DNA of 64,000 nt from Paraphysomonas bandaiensis (taxonomy: Eukaryota > Protista > Chrysophyceae): assembly GCA_965644295.1 (NCBI GenBank), contig CBFFRP010000017.1:124001-188000 (forward strand), given 5' to 3'. Position numbers and translations under genes: made by a program. Each line of letters begins with the position of its first letter. The stretch's first letter is position 1. Shown piece by piece: positions 36,701 to 49,655 of this stretch. The notes below the pieces were generated by a model. It searched no databases. It saw only the letters and a program-made list of their open reading frames with translations, and was not told the origin of the DNA.

Positions 36701-39700
36701 ATATGACGAGGACTGTGGCTTGAACATCACCACTTCGACCACAGCTATTACTCTCGCTGTTCCATCACAAAACATCTCGTATGTCGATTCGGTTCACGAA
36801 ATAACTGTATTCGTTTCCCATTCCGCGTCTTCAAGGACGGCACAGATTTCTACAGAGGTGACTATCCTTGAGTCTCTCGCCGCTTTGGTGTCACTGTCAT
36901 CTGCTAGTGGTACACGTGTTAACCCATCCTCGAAGTTGGTGCTACAGGGAACAGTAGAGTACCCCAATGCCGGATCGTCTGTGTGGTCTGTAGACGACAC
37001 ATCGCTGGCTCTATCTTCTGTCGCTCTCTCTCCTATAACTAAAGTCATACCCAGCCCGGGTGCACCAACTGGGCGAATTCAGGTCAGCCTTGTATTGCCC
37101 AAGAACATTCTAGCAGAGCAGTCTACGTATACATTCTCGCTAACTGTTTCCATGAGTACCGGTCATGTAAGCACCGCCAAGTTTGAGATATCTACGAATA
37201 GTCCTCCGCTAGTGGGCGAGTTCAATGTTGATCCTTTAAATGGTACCGAATTCAGTACCGAATTCCTGTTTTTTACATCACAATGGGAAGATAGTGATCT
37301 TCCACTGACGTACGAGTTCAGTCATTATGCCTCAGGTGAGATATCTCAGTTTCGCCCGCGCAAGAGACTGAGCTACGCCACTTCTAAACTTCCAGCTGGC
37401 CGCACCTCAACATCTACGTACTCGGCACGGGTGTATGTCTACGATGTTCTTGATGGTGTATCCACTACCACCACGGAAGTTATGGTACTTGATAACACGA
37501 ATATTACTACTTCAGATCTTTCAAACGACTTAGCACAAAATCTAGCTGCAGGTAGCACCACAGCCATCTCCAGCAGTGCTTCTGTGGTATCCAGCATTAT
37601 CAATTTTGTAGAATGCAGCGGCGCCCCCAACTGTTTCGATTTAAACAGAAGAAATTGCTCCCAAGTTCAGGACACTTGTGGTGAGTGTTTGTCTGGTTAT
37701 GTCGGTGAAAGTGGCGACAAAAATTCGCCATGTGTATCTGAGACGCGGAGGAGACTCATTTCCACTGTAGCTACGACGTGTATTGTGGACACGGATTGCA
37801 ACTCAGATATGTTTGAGGTGTGCTCAGCAGGAGAGTGCGTTGTTGCTTCTAAAACTTGTGAGAGTGACTGTTCCGGAAATGGTGTATGCCAGTTTGTCAG
37901 TGCCTATATTGTTGACGATTCAGATCCCCATTACCATGTAGCAACGTGCGATATACTGGATTCAGGTTGTTTTGCTATGTGTGAATGCGTCAGTGGTTTC
38001 GCCGGGTCTTATTGCCAGTATACAGAGGCGGGTTATATAAACTCACAGGCGATCCGCCAGCTGCTTGTGGAGGCCTATGAGTCTCTCGTGGCCACTCAGA
38101 ACCCATCCAGCGACGTAGTTATTTCGTGGATTAGTGGTCTGGTGGCCGTATCCAAAAGTTCAGAGGATATGTCTGATGAGACCAAAGCACTCATGATTGA
38201 AGTAGCTCAAGATGTTATTGACGTCGCAACTACACTTAATTTGCCCTACGAAGACATTGCAGGCATTGAGCAGCTGTTAGGACTTACTCTACCGGTGGTA
38301 GGTTCAAGTGGACGCCGGCGTCTGACACCCGAAGCTGATGCTTTGGCGCTTCTTAAGGCATTTGCACAATTCATTATTGATGACATTGTTGTTGGGCAGA
38401 GTGCTGTTGAAGTCATCTCTGATTTATTTCGCATTTCTGCGAATTCGTATGATGGCTTGAGTGACACGACGACGTTTTCCCCCCAATCTGTGATTGAAGT
38501 TTTGGCCGGAACGGATTCCCACAGTGTCTCTCTTCCAGCGGATCAGGACGGCGGAGCCTTCAAACTACTTCTCACAGAAGTACTAGTCTCGGTATATTCG
38601 AGCACCTCTAGTAACCTCGTTCAATCTGTACCACTAACGATGTCATTCGACCGATCCCTTTGCGATACCGCTGCCAGTAACCTCAGCACGTGCTCCTTCA
38701 ATATCACTCTACAAAATTTTGAGTTTGGTGAGCACGTGGTTGATGAGTGGAAAGAGTACACAACTGAGTGCTATAGCGGTTTGGTTAAAAATCACACGTA
38801 CTCCTGCCCATCGGGGGAAAATCTTGTTGTGGAGTGCGATGGTGTATACCATGGGTACTTAATATCTCCTTGTCCAACACATGTAGCGACCTCGCAGTGC
38901 TCGTCATTGGGAGCTTTTACAGGGCAGTGTGAAGTGATTTCTTTTACGGAGGACATCACAACCTGCCGCTGTAGCCTCCCAGGTACAGCAGATCCCCTCG
39001 AAGCTGAGTATACTTCGACTGCTAGCTCCACTCTTGAGTACCACGCTTCTACCAGAGCGCCGTATACGAGCTCAAGTGATGATGCCTCACAGTCGTGGGC
39101 CGTACTGATATGTACCATGGCAACTATTGGAGTTACAATGATTGCTGGAGGTTTTGTTAGTTTCCGTTCCCCTAATGAAGGTGAGAGCAAGGTGGCCCCG
39201 GCATTGAATGAGTTCCAACTTGTTGACCGCTCGCTTCCTGATATTTATCAAAGTAAGCCACTTGTGGCGCTCATTGCGTATGAATTATGCTATCGCCATC
39301 GCTGGTTACAGCTTGTGTTCGACGACTATCGTAGAGTGGTTCGAATCTTGTCTCTCTTTATGAATGTCATGGTTGTGTTTTTCTTGGAGTCTTTAGTGTA
39401 TAATTACGCCGATAACAGAGAGAATAACTGTGAGGATGAAACCTCTAAATCAGACTGCGAACGCGAAAAGTCCTTTCTTGGAATGGGAGATTCCATGTGT
39501 CGCTGGAGTACCAGCAATGACACGTGTTATTTCAAGGACCCAGACAACGATTTTTTGCGCATTCTTTTCTGTGCCGTTTTTGTAGCTGTTCTTACTGTAC
39601 CGTGCTACATTCTGATTGATATTCTCGTAGTTCATGTAATGTTTGGTGACTCCACTGAAAGGGGCAACGTATCACCCGCTCCAAATGGTAGGTCTGCTAC

Positions 39701-40910
39701 TGCAGTGACTGCGCCAGTCAAGTCGCTTGACGAAGAATTTGAGGAGATGACGTCTGCGATTCAGTTGCACGGTGCCGTGCTGGATACGTCTGCCAAAGTT
39801 GAATTCGAAGGTAGTACGTATATCAATTTCTTATTAAGCTGATTTTGTTATATAGATGCGTGGAGACCTGTGAACAAGTTACTGCTATCAGACAGTAAAG
39901 ATGCTGCCATGGATGAAATTGCATTTTTTGGTTCTGGAAAGCTCTCTTCGATGGAGTGTAGGAGTCGACTCGTGTTCCTCTTTTTGCGTGATTTCTTGGT
40001 CGGAAGTGTGCTGCAAATAGTCAGCTCTAAGGATCGAAGAGACAACAAAAAGCAAAGTGTTGTCGGAGTACACTGGAAGGCAGCTGGGTGGGTGTTGTAT
40101 GTCTGTGCAAATGCAGGCATGTTCTGCTACATTATCATTTTTGCTGTTAATGAAGATAGACCGCGACAGCGTGCCTGGGTATTCACGTATTTTGCATACC
40201 TTATAATGGATATTTTCTTGGTAAGCGTGTTTTTCGTACTCTGGACCCATGTGTGTATACCCTTGGCAGCATCTAAGCCAGTCCAGCTAGCACGTGAAAA
40301 CCTTGTACGCATCATATTGGATCTCCAGTCATCGGATCGTCCCCCTTCCACGTTCAATGCTGCCAAATATCTCTTCACATCACATCGCGTCGCATCGGCA
40401 CTGACCAGTGTAGAGGAGCAGAGTGTCGTGATGCGGTTCGGCACAGTATGGCCCAAGACTTATTTTGAGTCGCAGCGCGTGGTCCTCCCTGGTACACATT
40501 CCAAACCGCTGGGTTGGTTTTATAGCATAGCGGCGGCCTGCGTAGCTATGCCTCTGTTTGTCCACGACTTTGTTGTAAGTCTTATACTCACTGCTGGGAT
40601 TGGATACATCGCGATATTGCACGTACATCTCTTCAGAGTCAATCCTGGGTATGTGGTCATCCCCGCTGCCGGTGTGATAGCTCTTGTTTTCATCTTGGGA
40701 ATTGTGTATGGCGCTGCGAGATACCCTGATGTTGCTTCACCTGCTGTACAACCCGCTCCAGCGGTACAGACTGTCCAACCACATACTTCAGCTCCTGAGG
40801 AGCAACTTGTTGTATCTGATTCTCCGGGTGAGTTGTTGGGATCGGAATCAACTAAAAGTCAAGATGCTCCCAGACGGGCGGAGAGCACAGATGCCCATCT
40901 GGGGGCTTAG
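33784..40910 (+). CDS. Polycystin-1/REJ-like multi-pass surface protein, 3 exons, ~2343 aa
   Basis: Signal-peptide exon 33784-33835; exons 33886-39810 and 39856-40910 in frame. PT repeats, REJ-like region (IDASSSYDED, NSPPLVG, WEDSDLPLTYEF), EGF-like modules, GPS-like TTCRCSL, ~8 hydrophobic segments. Confidence 0.85.
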
Positions 40911-43196
40911 TTGCATAGCACTATGATGTGCTTAATATACACATTTACTCTAACATATGCGTCATTTATGTAGTACTCATAGATGGCATAGTTCAATAAT
41001 ATTTCAAAATATAATATGATTGTAGAGATAAGGATTGAAATGCAAAAAATAAAACTAATTTATACTGTTTTGTGATAATATATATATAATGATACCGTTC
41101 AACATAATACTGCACAGTGCACAGTGTATCTGTGATCAGAACCAAAAATGGAATATACGTATGTTTCAGCTGCGGATTGATAATATTCTTCTATATTGGT
41201 GCACTGTTGTTGATTAAACATGTTGTATTCATTACATGATTGTGGCTGTAACAGAGCTGTGTAAGCGAGAAGCGAGGTATGTGATTTTAACCGATAGAAG
41301 TTGTATATATTATCAGATAGTATTATCGTAAACATAGTTCTACATACATTATTATTGTACATTAGCACTTTATTTTAGATTCGCATTTCACTATTTTATT
41401 TAACATACATACTGTTTTTGTCACTTTGGGTGAGTAACCAGAGAAACCACCAGTTCAACCAATGCATAATATTATATCAGGATATTATTATATATTATAT
41501 GGCAGACACATATACAAATTGCTTTACATTTTTCCAGATTTCATATTTTTATCTCGATTTTAAATGAATTTATTGAAAACGGTTGTACTAATTTGACTCT
41601 TAATGAGTTCTTTGTTCTAATTAGTATATCTATACTAAAACAAATATAAATTACTTTTGAAGATCTTGCGTTCCAAGAAGCAAATTATAAAGAGTCTTGT
41701 AGGCATATATAGACTCTGAATGAGGAAGAGTGTATTACATTTTAAATTATTTCTAAAATATGGCAGGTGATATAGTTATATATTTATCCACGGGTAATAT
41801 AAGGAGGCCATATATCCTCCCGTGCTTAATTTTGAAACGAGGACGAAAAGTTCCAAATTTTAATTTTGACAAGGAATGATACTCCTTATTTCTTAGAGTA
41901 GTTTAAATATCAGCTTTATCATCATGATTTTGAAACCCTAATATTTTGCCTCATTCCGAGGGTGTGCCCTACTTCGTAGTAAAAAGTGCTAGTGCTGATT
42001 AGTTAATAAAATCTCAGCGTACTCTTTGTGCATCGGCACCAAGCAAGCTCTAGCTAGAGATCTACACTGTACTTGCACAAAAACCCAAGCATTCTAGAGG
42101 ACAGGGACCCGGCCAATGTCACGCTAGGCCTATACTGAGTCGCTATTGTATAGCTATTATTTGTAGCTTACTTGCTGTTAGAGGAAGTAGAGGTGACTAA
42201 CATCATTAGGAAAACAAATGAAAAATCTGTCCCAACCAAGTATCGAAGCTGAATGTCTTTTTTCCGGTGCTATGAGCGCTCTGTGTTGAACTCAATTCAG
42301 TTAAAGGAAACACTTTTTCGAGACAATATATTAAGCTACAACCAACTCCTATATGCACGTACTTGAAGTCTATCGCAAGTAGCTACCCTCCTGTATATTC
42401 TATGCTGCAATGAAGTACAGAACCTACATAACTACAAAGAAGTAGCTATAAAGTATACAAAGAAACTGAAATTATAGTAGCTGTTAGAGATATGATTTGT
42501 AGAATAAATTTTGGTGTTGGTGATTGATGTATTAAGTATTTCCACAAAATCACAGTGCTACAGTACAATTTCTCTAGGATATCTCTCCAAACAGAATTAA
42601 GTCAGCTTTGTGCTACTACATGTATAATTAAACACAAATCGGGGATAATGCATTACCAAGGTGGAGGACAGGATTAGGAATGTAGTCATCAAAATGAAGT
42701 ACAGATGATTTGGGAAGAATGATAGAGCACAGGCAATAATGAACTCGAGTAACATAAACGTTTTGGACATACATACCTACTGTCCTTCGGAAAAAGAGAA
42801 AGTAAGTTCGACTAGATAGATGATTATTTCATCTAAAATAATCTGCATAAGCATGATACTTCGGTTCTGGTTTCTACATCTCTTAGTTTGAATACATTAC
42901 ACTTCTTACTTTGGTATAAAGTGAAAGCGTTTGGAGTTACACAGTTAGTATATAAATAGGTTTCTATTGTATATCATTTAAGGTACTTTCGTCTCACAAT
43001 TTCTCGCTATATACCGCATACCTCAATATGATTTAAAAACATAATCCACAAAATTTCGAGTGTACTACGCATAGTTATGAGCTCCACATAAATAGTACAT
43101 GATGATATAACTACTGTCATATAGAATTGCTGTAGTATGCATACCCTGAATCACAGATAAAAGAATTTAAACATTTGCACACCATACCAGCTTGAC

Positions 43197-45117
43197 TTAG
43201 GGAACTGTAGGGTCACGATGCTCCACAGTGAAATCGTCGATAGACATCGACGCACGGGTGATGGAGTAGTGTAGCACAGTATTGTAAAACATTTTGAACT
43301 CCTCGAAATCAATTTTACCATCGCTTGACATATCCATCGCTGAAAATACTTCATCAATGTTATGTCCACTCTTATCCATCTGTGCTATTAGTGGCACATA
43401 AAACTCGTCCTGAAGTAAACATCCCATAACGATTTTTAGCTCCTCCTTAGTGATGTACCCCTTTTCTTCGATATCGAATATGTTGAAATACAGCCGCGCA
43501 GCTTCTTCGCCTTCCTGTGGTACAGCAGCCACCTCTTCCTCCGGTCGAAATGCCAACATCGTTAGTAGAAAATCTTTGGGATTTATCGTCCCTTTGCCGC
43601 GAGAATCGAAAATAGAAAAAACCTGCGGAGTAGCAAGCTCATGCAGACCACACTGATGTATAACCATCTCAAACGTCGCATAGTCTATTTCATAGGCATC
43701 GCTCGCTGCGTCAACATCCATATCCTCAGTCACTGACATTGAATCTGGTCCCCCGCTCTCACTCGAAGAAAACAAGGCGGCAGACTTCTTCGCCATACTT
43801 CCCATGACTACAGTTTTTAGAACTTTTAGTTTATTACGGAAGGCTAATAGCATATCATTAGAGCTGTTGCCACTTCCACTGCTCATATCAGCTTTCCTAT
43901 AATACAGACCAGGGGATGTGGGTGTGTCGTGAGGGATACGAGGGAGTGCTGAGCGGGTCGCATTTTCTCTGGCCTCGTGTCTACGCTTGTTGCGTTCATA
44001 TCTTCGCTGCTGTTTCTCCAGCACAGGTAGTACCATTTTGAGACTATCTCTACGGAATTTATTTCCTTCTGTAATATTATTTTCTATAAAGAATGTCTTC
44101 ATCTTCTGACGCAAACCAAGATGTTTGATTCTAAGGAGGTAGTCGGATCCGAGGTTCATATCTGGAGCAGCAACAGTGGTCACCCATGGATGGTTCAATA
44201 TCTGTTCAGACGTAGCTCTCTGAGCTGGGTCTTTGACCAATATTCGTGCGACTAGATCCTTGGCTGCCTCCGATATACCCTCCCACCCCACCCCCGCCAT
44301 TGGGAAGTACGTACCATTGACAATTTGCTGTGGATGTTTAGGGTGAAATGGCGCCAGACCACTCAACATGCAGTAGAGACACACCCCAGCTTGCCATATG
44401 TCGCTTGCCGGAGAGTAGACTTTATGTATAAGTGATTCTGGAGCTACAAATCCTGGTGTACCGTGCACCGAAGAGCTTTTGTGATAAGCCTGATCCGGCT
44501 GCAGTCGCACCATCATTCCAAAGTCAATAAGTTTGACTGCGGAACCAGGCAGCTTGCTCGTGAGCATAACATTTTCAAGCTTCAAATCCCTGAGTAATAC
44601 TTAGAAGTGAGTTAAAACAATGCCCCTAGTAATGCATACCGATGTATGAATCCCATATCGTGACAGCTCTTGAGAGCGAGGACAATTCCTCTGAATATGT
44701 GGGCGATATCTTTCTCAGATATTGCATCAGTATTGTCGAGTTTGTCGAAGAGCTCACCACCCTCCAAAAGCTCCATGACAATACATGGGTAGCTTCTGCG
44801 GTACTGTTTTCCAGGAACGATTCCTCTTGGGGGATCCATGAACACAGCCTCCAGCTGCACGATACCCATAACACCTTTCAACGACTGCAGGAGCTCAATC
44901 TCTGCTGCAATATCAGCTTCTTTCGGCTCCCTCTGAGTGTATCCGAAGAATTTAAGAGCAACGGCTCTATCGGCGCATGATTTCCACTTCGCAGCATACA
45001 CTTTACCAGCTCCACCTTCCTCATAGCGTTATGTATACATACACACATGTACATACAGGTACCTTGCTGGATGTAGTTAGTGACTAAGAAATCGTGAGGA
45101 GAGGCAGTGGAAGTCAT
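43197..45117 (-). CDS. CDPK/CCaMK-like Ser/Thr kinase with EF hands, 3 exons, ~607 aa
   Basis: Exons 45117-45063, 45015-44640, 44589-43197. QGGAGKV, VALK, HRDLKLEN, DFG, APE; EF loops DSRGKGTINPKD, DIEEKGYITKEE, DMSSDGKIDFEE. Confidence 0.92.
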
Positions 45118-45430
45118 CAGGAGTATGAGAGCAGTATGTGAAGTCCACCAGGCATCGATCTGGGAGGAGAGGGATGGAATTCTAACGGAGAGGTTGCTAT
45201 ATCTCCTCGAAGCACATACATACACTGCACATACACATACACATACAGATACTCCCCTGCATGCACGGAACAGATGCAGCAGTATACAGCAGGCCTATAC
45301 AGCCACAGTGTGCACCAGTAACCAACACACAGCCGTACTGCTGTACATACATGTACATATACAGCCAGTACACTGCTGTGTGTGTGGGGGGGCCAAAAAT
45401 CGATCTACAGAAATTTTAAGGAAATTTTAG

Positions 45431-45470
45431 CTGTATACCTGGAATACAGTTCCGTATACCTGGAATGCAG
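45431..45470. promoter_or_regulatory. Duplicated motif in the divergent kinase/small-protein intergenic region
   Basis: CTGTATACCTGGAATACAG and CCGTATACCTGGAATGCAG at a 21-bp period. Regulatory role is inferred from position only. Confidence 0.35.
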
Positions 45471-45643
45471 CATAAGACTGTTACTGCTGTTGTTGTTGTA
45501 CACATCATAGAGGCACACCCTCATACACAGCAGAGAGAGTTACTCCCACACGCAGTTAATGTTAGATCAAATGTCTGTGAACTCTGCGGAATAGTGTTCG
45601 AGATATTTTATATTGTTGTGACAATCATTGTGGTTTTGGATTT

Positions 45644-46042
45644 ATGGCGGCTAGGTTTAATCTTGTAATTGTTGTCTTAATAGTTGGGTCAGCTGTTGTT
45701 TTGTCGGAGAGACAATCACGGTATTGGCAGGATGGAAGTGGTGACGCTCCTTTTGCAAAAGTAAAATTCACCGAGAAAGTTTGTAAGTGTCCGGATAGCT
45801 TGAATACCACTCTCAATGGCTGCCAAAATACAACAAGCGGTAAATATTATGAGGAAAATTGTGATTATAAGCCATACTGGGGCATGGTATTCGTGTGGTG
45901 GGCCGGAGCAGCTTTTTTGATTGGTGCGGCAACAAGCAGTGGCTTACGAGTATGTACCGACGTATGGTCGACTTTTGTAGTTGTTTTCAGAAACAGCATA
46001 TGCGGTAAACCCAATCAAATTTCAGATATTAGTAGTAAATAG
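45644..46042 (+). CDS. Small single-pass membrane protein (132 aa), unknown function
   Basis: ATG start, signal-like N-terminus, 4-Cys ectodomain, hydrophobic segment WGMVFVWWAGAAFLIGAA. Confidence 0.65.
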   Translation: MAARFNLVIVVLIVGSAVVLSERQSRYWQDGSGDAPFAKVKFTEKVCKCPDSLNTTLNGCQNTTSGKYYEENCDYKPYWGMVFVWWAGAAFLIGAATSSGLRVCTDVWSTFVVVFRNSICGKPNQISDISSK

Positions 46043-46640
46043 AGACGTTTGAAAGTACCTCAGTGATAATATTGTCGTTTGTTGTTCTCTTTAAATATTA
46101 TGTATTATTGACTTGCCACACGGAGTTTATAGCAGTTGTGGTGTTCACAAATGCAGCTCCGCTCATTATCATTATACTCCGTATGTAACTGATGTAATAT
46201 ATAATTAAGATTTACTAATTCACGTATACCTCTTAACATATATTATACACGTGAATACAACAAGATGCAATAAAATTACAAGTGACTGAATCATTATTAG
46301 ACTAAATAATATACGTGACTGTCAAGATACGTTGCTATGTGATTGGTTCTAATTTCTAATTCGCAATTGCTTCACACCGTGTCTTGCTGTTTTACTATTT
46401 GGATGTATTCCTTATGTAATCTTCTAACTAATACGGAGTACACCTCTCACTTACCACTACAACCAGCACTAAAACTTATTTATTTATGATATTTCTACAG
46501 TGTGCTCAATAATCAATAATACTGTCACTAATACATAAACGTATTCTCCTAATCATGTTATGTGTAGAGCTTAGTTTAAGCGAGTATACTTTAAACGCAT
46601 GTATCAACACTAACACTACACCACTACACACTACACTATA

Positions 46641-47302
46641 TGAAAGTTTATTATTAACAGTAGCGTTAGTGAGTAGATAGATGAAGACTAGTCAGGCTAG
46701 ATCGACCTCTACAAGTAACTAACTAGTACAAATTCGCATATCCTACTATTTAGCCCTACAGAAGCTGCTTGTGCGTCGCCGCAAGCACCAATGTGCAACG
46801 GCTTCCGTTCTTGTTTGTGAGGGAGAAGCTCTCTGAGGACGTAAGTCCTCGAAATACAGAAGGATCAGTCAGGAGGACGCCCCTTAGGATGTGGCTCCTC
46901 AGGACTTTGTGAAGGAGGATTTTGTATTAGTGAGTCAAGTGTTCTTAACCTGAGATACATGAACGAGGGGGTATGTTGGGGAACCCGCGTATCTGTGAGT
47001 TGGGCCTGGGGCAGAGAAGTAGCTGACGGAGACGGCATCGTGGTGTCTCTGCTGAGGCGGGGGTAGTGGAAGAGTAAGACGACCGGAGGGGCGCTATAGG
47101 TCTCCGCTCTACGCGTAGTAAGCGTAGAACCCGTGGCTTCCGCTGAGTGTTGCTCGATTTAAATCGTATATTGCTGCATTTTGGGCGTGAGCTGGGGGAA
47201 AACTACCGACTCCGCGTATGTTGCTTCGTGTGTGTCCACGTCGCTGACGCTGTCCAGGTGGGAGTCGTTGTGACTTCTTCGGGTTGATCTTGGAGCATTT
47301 GT
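46641..47302 (-). mobile_element. 5'-truncated non-LTR retroelement-like insertion
   Basis: 13-bp direct repeat ACACTACACTATA at 46628-46640 and 47303-47315. Minus-strand AATAAA at the 3' end; remnant ORF ends KGRPPD*; close paralogue at 63022-63464. Confidence 0.7.
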
Positions 47303-47985
47303 ACACTACACTATAAACCAGAATACAGTGTACAGTTTACGCCTCCGTTGGAGTGGGGAATGGGCACAAGTGCTAACATATCATGTTCTCAACGAGATTA
47401 GATTAAAATTGAAAGACTCATTGAAGTAAAGATTCTTATAATTGTGTTCAAAGTTAATATCACTGTTACAGACAACAGTGATAAAGTACTAAGACTTGGA
47501 TGTGAAGTAGATAAAGCAACAATGATTACTAAACACTGAACATCACAAGTCCTTCTGGCGGCATTACAAATTCATTGCAATGTTGTGTATGTTGTAATTT
47601 TCAAGCTTCATAAATTGAAACTGATTAATCTAGTATATAGCAAATAAAAGACAAGGCAATTAGAACCGTATACAAGAGGAGTAGTAACGTGCAGATTCAA
47701 TAGTTTCCTCACTTGCACTCCAATTTACGATTCGTTGGATTAGCTCTATCAAATCACGAAAGTGACGGAGCTATCCAACCCACCTTCGAGTGCGATGAAT
47801 TCTAATCTCTGTATCCTCCGCATTTTATTTAAAAAAAACTAGAAATCAGCAAAGAACAACAACTCATCGGCTAACACTATAGAAGAAATTATTTAGTGAG
47901 TCGTCACCCCAAATACCTCAGACTTCATAAAGGAAACTATGATTACTTATATGTTGCAATTGACATATCACACCGCTTATATACA

Positions 47986-48415
47986 TTAGTCATCAAGCTC
48001 CTTACTCATCTTTTTCCCTTTCTTTCCTTTACCTAGCACGAAAATTATTTCACCAAAATCTGAATACATCTAAAAGCTCACCTTTTCTTTTTCCGCCGGG
48101 TCTATTCAGGTTCAGAGCTTTTTTCCTTTCGAGCCATTCACTACTCAATTCACACTTACAGTTCGAGCAAGATTTCGGGTAAAAAGACATTCCAAAGCCA
48201 GATTCACAGGAGGATCCCTGGCAGAAGTGACCAGTGTGTGTGGAACAAATACATTCATTCTACAAATCAAATCTTTCAATTGAAATATACAAATATATGC
48301 GTTAACGTACCGTTGTTTTCGTAACTGCACCGTTTTGACACCATGAACCTCCTCCAAGAAGCTCAGCCTGTGAGAGTGCCACCACTGCAAGTAATGCGAA
48401 CCAAAAAAGCTGCAT
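47986..48415 (-). CDS. Small secreted 8-cysteine protein with Lys/Gly-rich tail, 3 exons, 109 aa (not in ORF track)
   Basis: Exons 48415-48311, 48259-48082, 48032-47986 with 51- and 49-nt GT-AG introns splice in frame. Signal peptide MQLFWFALLAVVALSQA. Confidence 0.85.
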
Positions 48416-48929
48416 TCGTTGTAATCAATAGATCTAAACTGAATTGATACTAAACACCGATGGAACAAGAGGCGGTGCAGTGCATATGTATGTATGTATG
48501 CATGTACCGGCAAATATTGTCAACATGCAGTCATTTATTCGGGCCATGCGTATATCATGAAATTTCAGGATTTTTATATATGGAATATACAGAGTTCTAG
48601 CTAGATATCTGAACTTTCTAATGTCCAGATATGCGAAATCCCACCAAACATACAGCAGCAGGTACCAGTCATATTTTTCGGAAATAATTTGAAACCAAAT
48701 TCGTCTATATTACTGCAGTACAACTACGCCTAGAATACAGATAATTGTTGTCTCAATATTAGAGGCATCTTGGAACAAAAATATAGAAACAAGGATACTA
48801 ATACGGGAGACATGCAGGCAGATCAGATCAGTGCAGTGCAGTGCACAGAGCAGCTCTGATGCTCATTCTTACTCATACAGAATATGCGCACTGAACCAAA
48901 CTCGTGAAAGTGTCATAGCCTCTATGTAC

Positions 48930-48973
48930 ACAGATAGATACTTCGAACAGATAGATACTTCGAACAGATAGAT
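48930..48973. repeat. 17-bp tandem repeat, 2.6 copies
   Basis: Unit ACAGATAGATACTTCGA. Confidence 0.9.
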
Positions 48974-49655
48974 GTTAGCCATTTCAAGTGTTATATGTAG
49001 CTGCACTCCAAGTAGATGAGAGGATTCAATTCCACTGGAAATACATTCAGGTTGATACAGTGTTGTAATGGAATGAAATTACTACAAGATATAAGATATC
49101 TGATTATTAAGATTCAGTTCAGTTTCGTAGTTTAGTTTTCTTTCGCACCATTAATCAGATAATCACCACACCCTGTAGTACGAATATGTAAGTGTTAGAT
49201 ACTCAATTGCAAGAATTATAATCGTTACATAGTGAATCAAACACTTCACATCTCATATTCGTGAAATAATGTTCGCTTGATTTGACATCTAGTTATTGGT
49301 TATGTTATATATTATACTTGCCAATCTCACATTAACATAAAATCCTATATAGAATGAAGCTATGGGCAAACCACAATATGTAGACTACAATAAATCGCTC
49401 TAAACCTATCCCATAATCAAGTTACAGTGCTAACATACCTATAGCACAAAATAATACGGCCAGCAAACTAAGTGACTAATCAATACTTTATTAATGTAGC
49501 AATCGGCTGTAGATGTCCAGATTGAACAACAACTATGATGTAGAGTAGCTGCAAATAAAGTAGCTAAAGTATATCAACAAATCATTGTTATGAATTTACG
49601 TTTGAGAAAATTAACATTGGTTCACATGAAAATACGATCCTCAACAAGTTCAGAT

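Noticed and set aside
28181-40628. Many short antisense or alternate-frame ORFs over CTF4 and the REJ-like gene (likewise over PMS2, Copia and CCDC96)
   Set aside because: Shadow ORFs of well-supported coding sequences.
41000-43150. AT-rich intergenic region with possible TE debris
   Set aside because: No paired termini or recognisable protein motifs.
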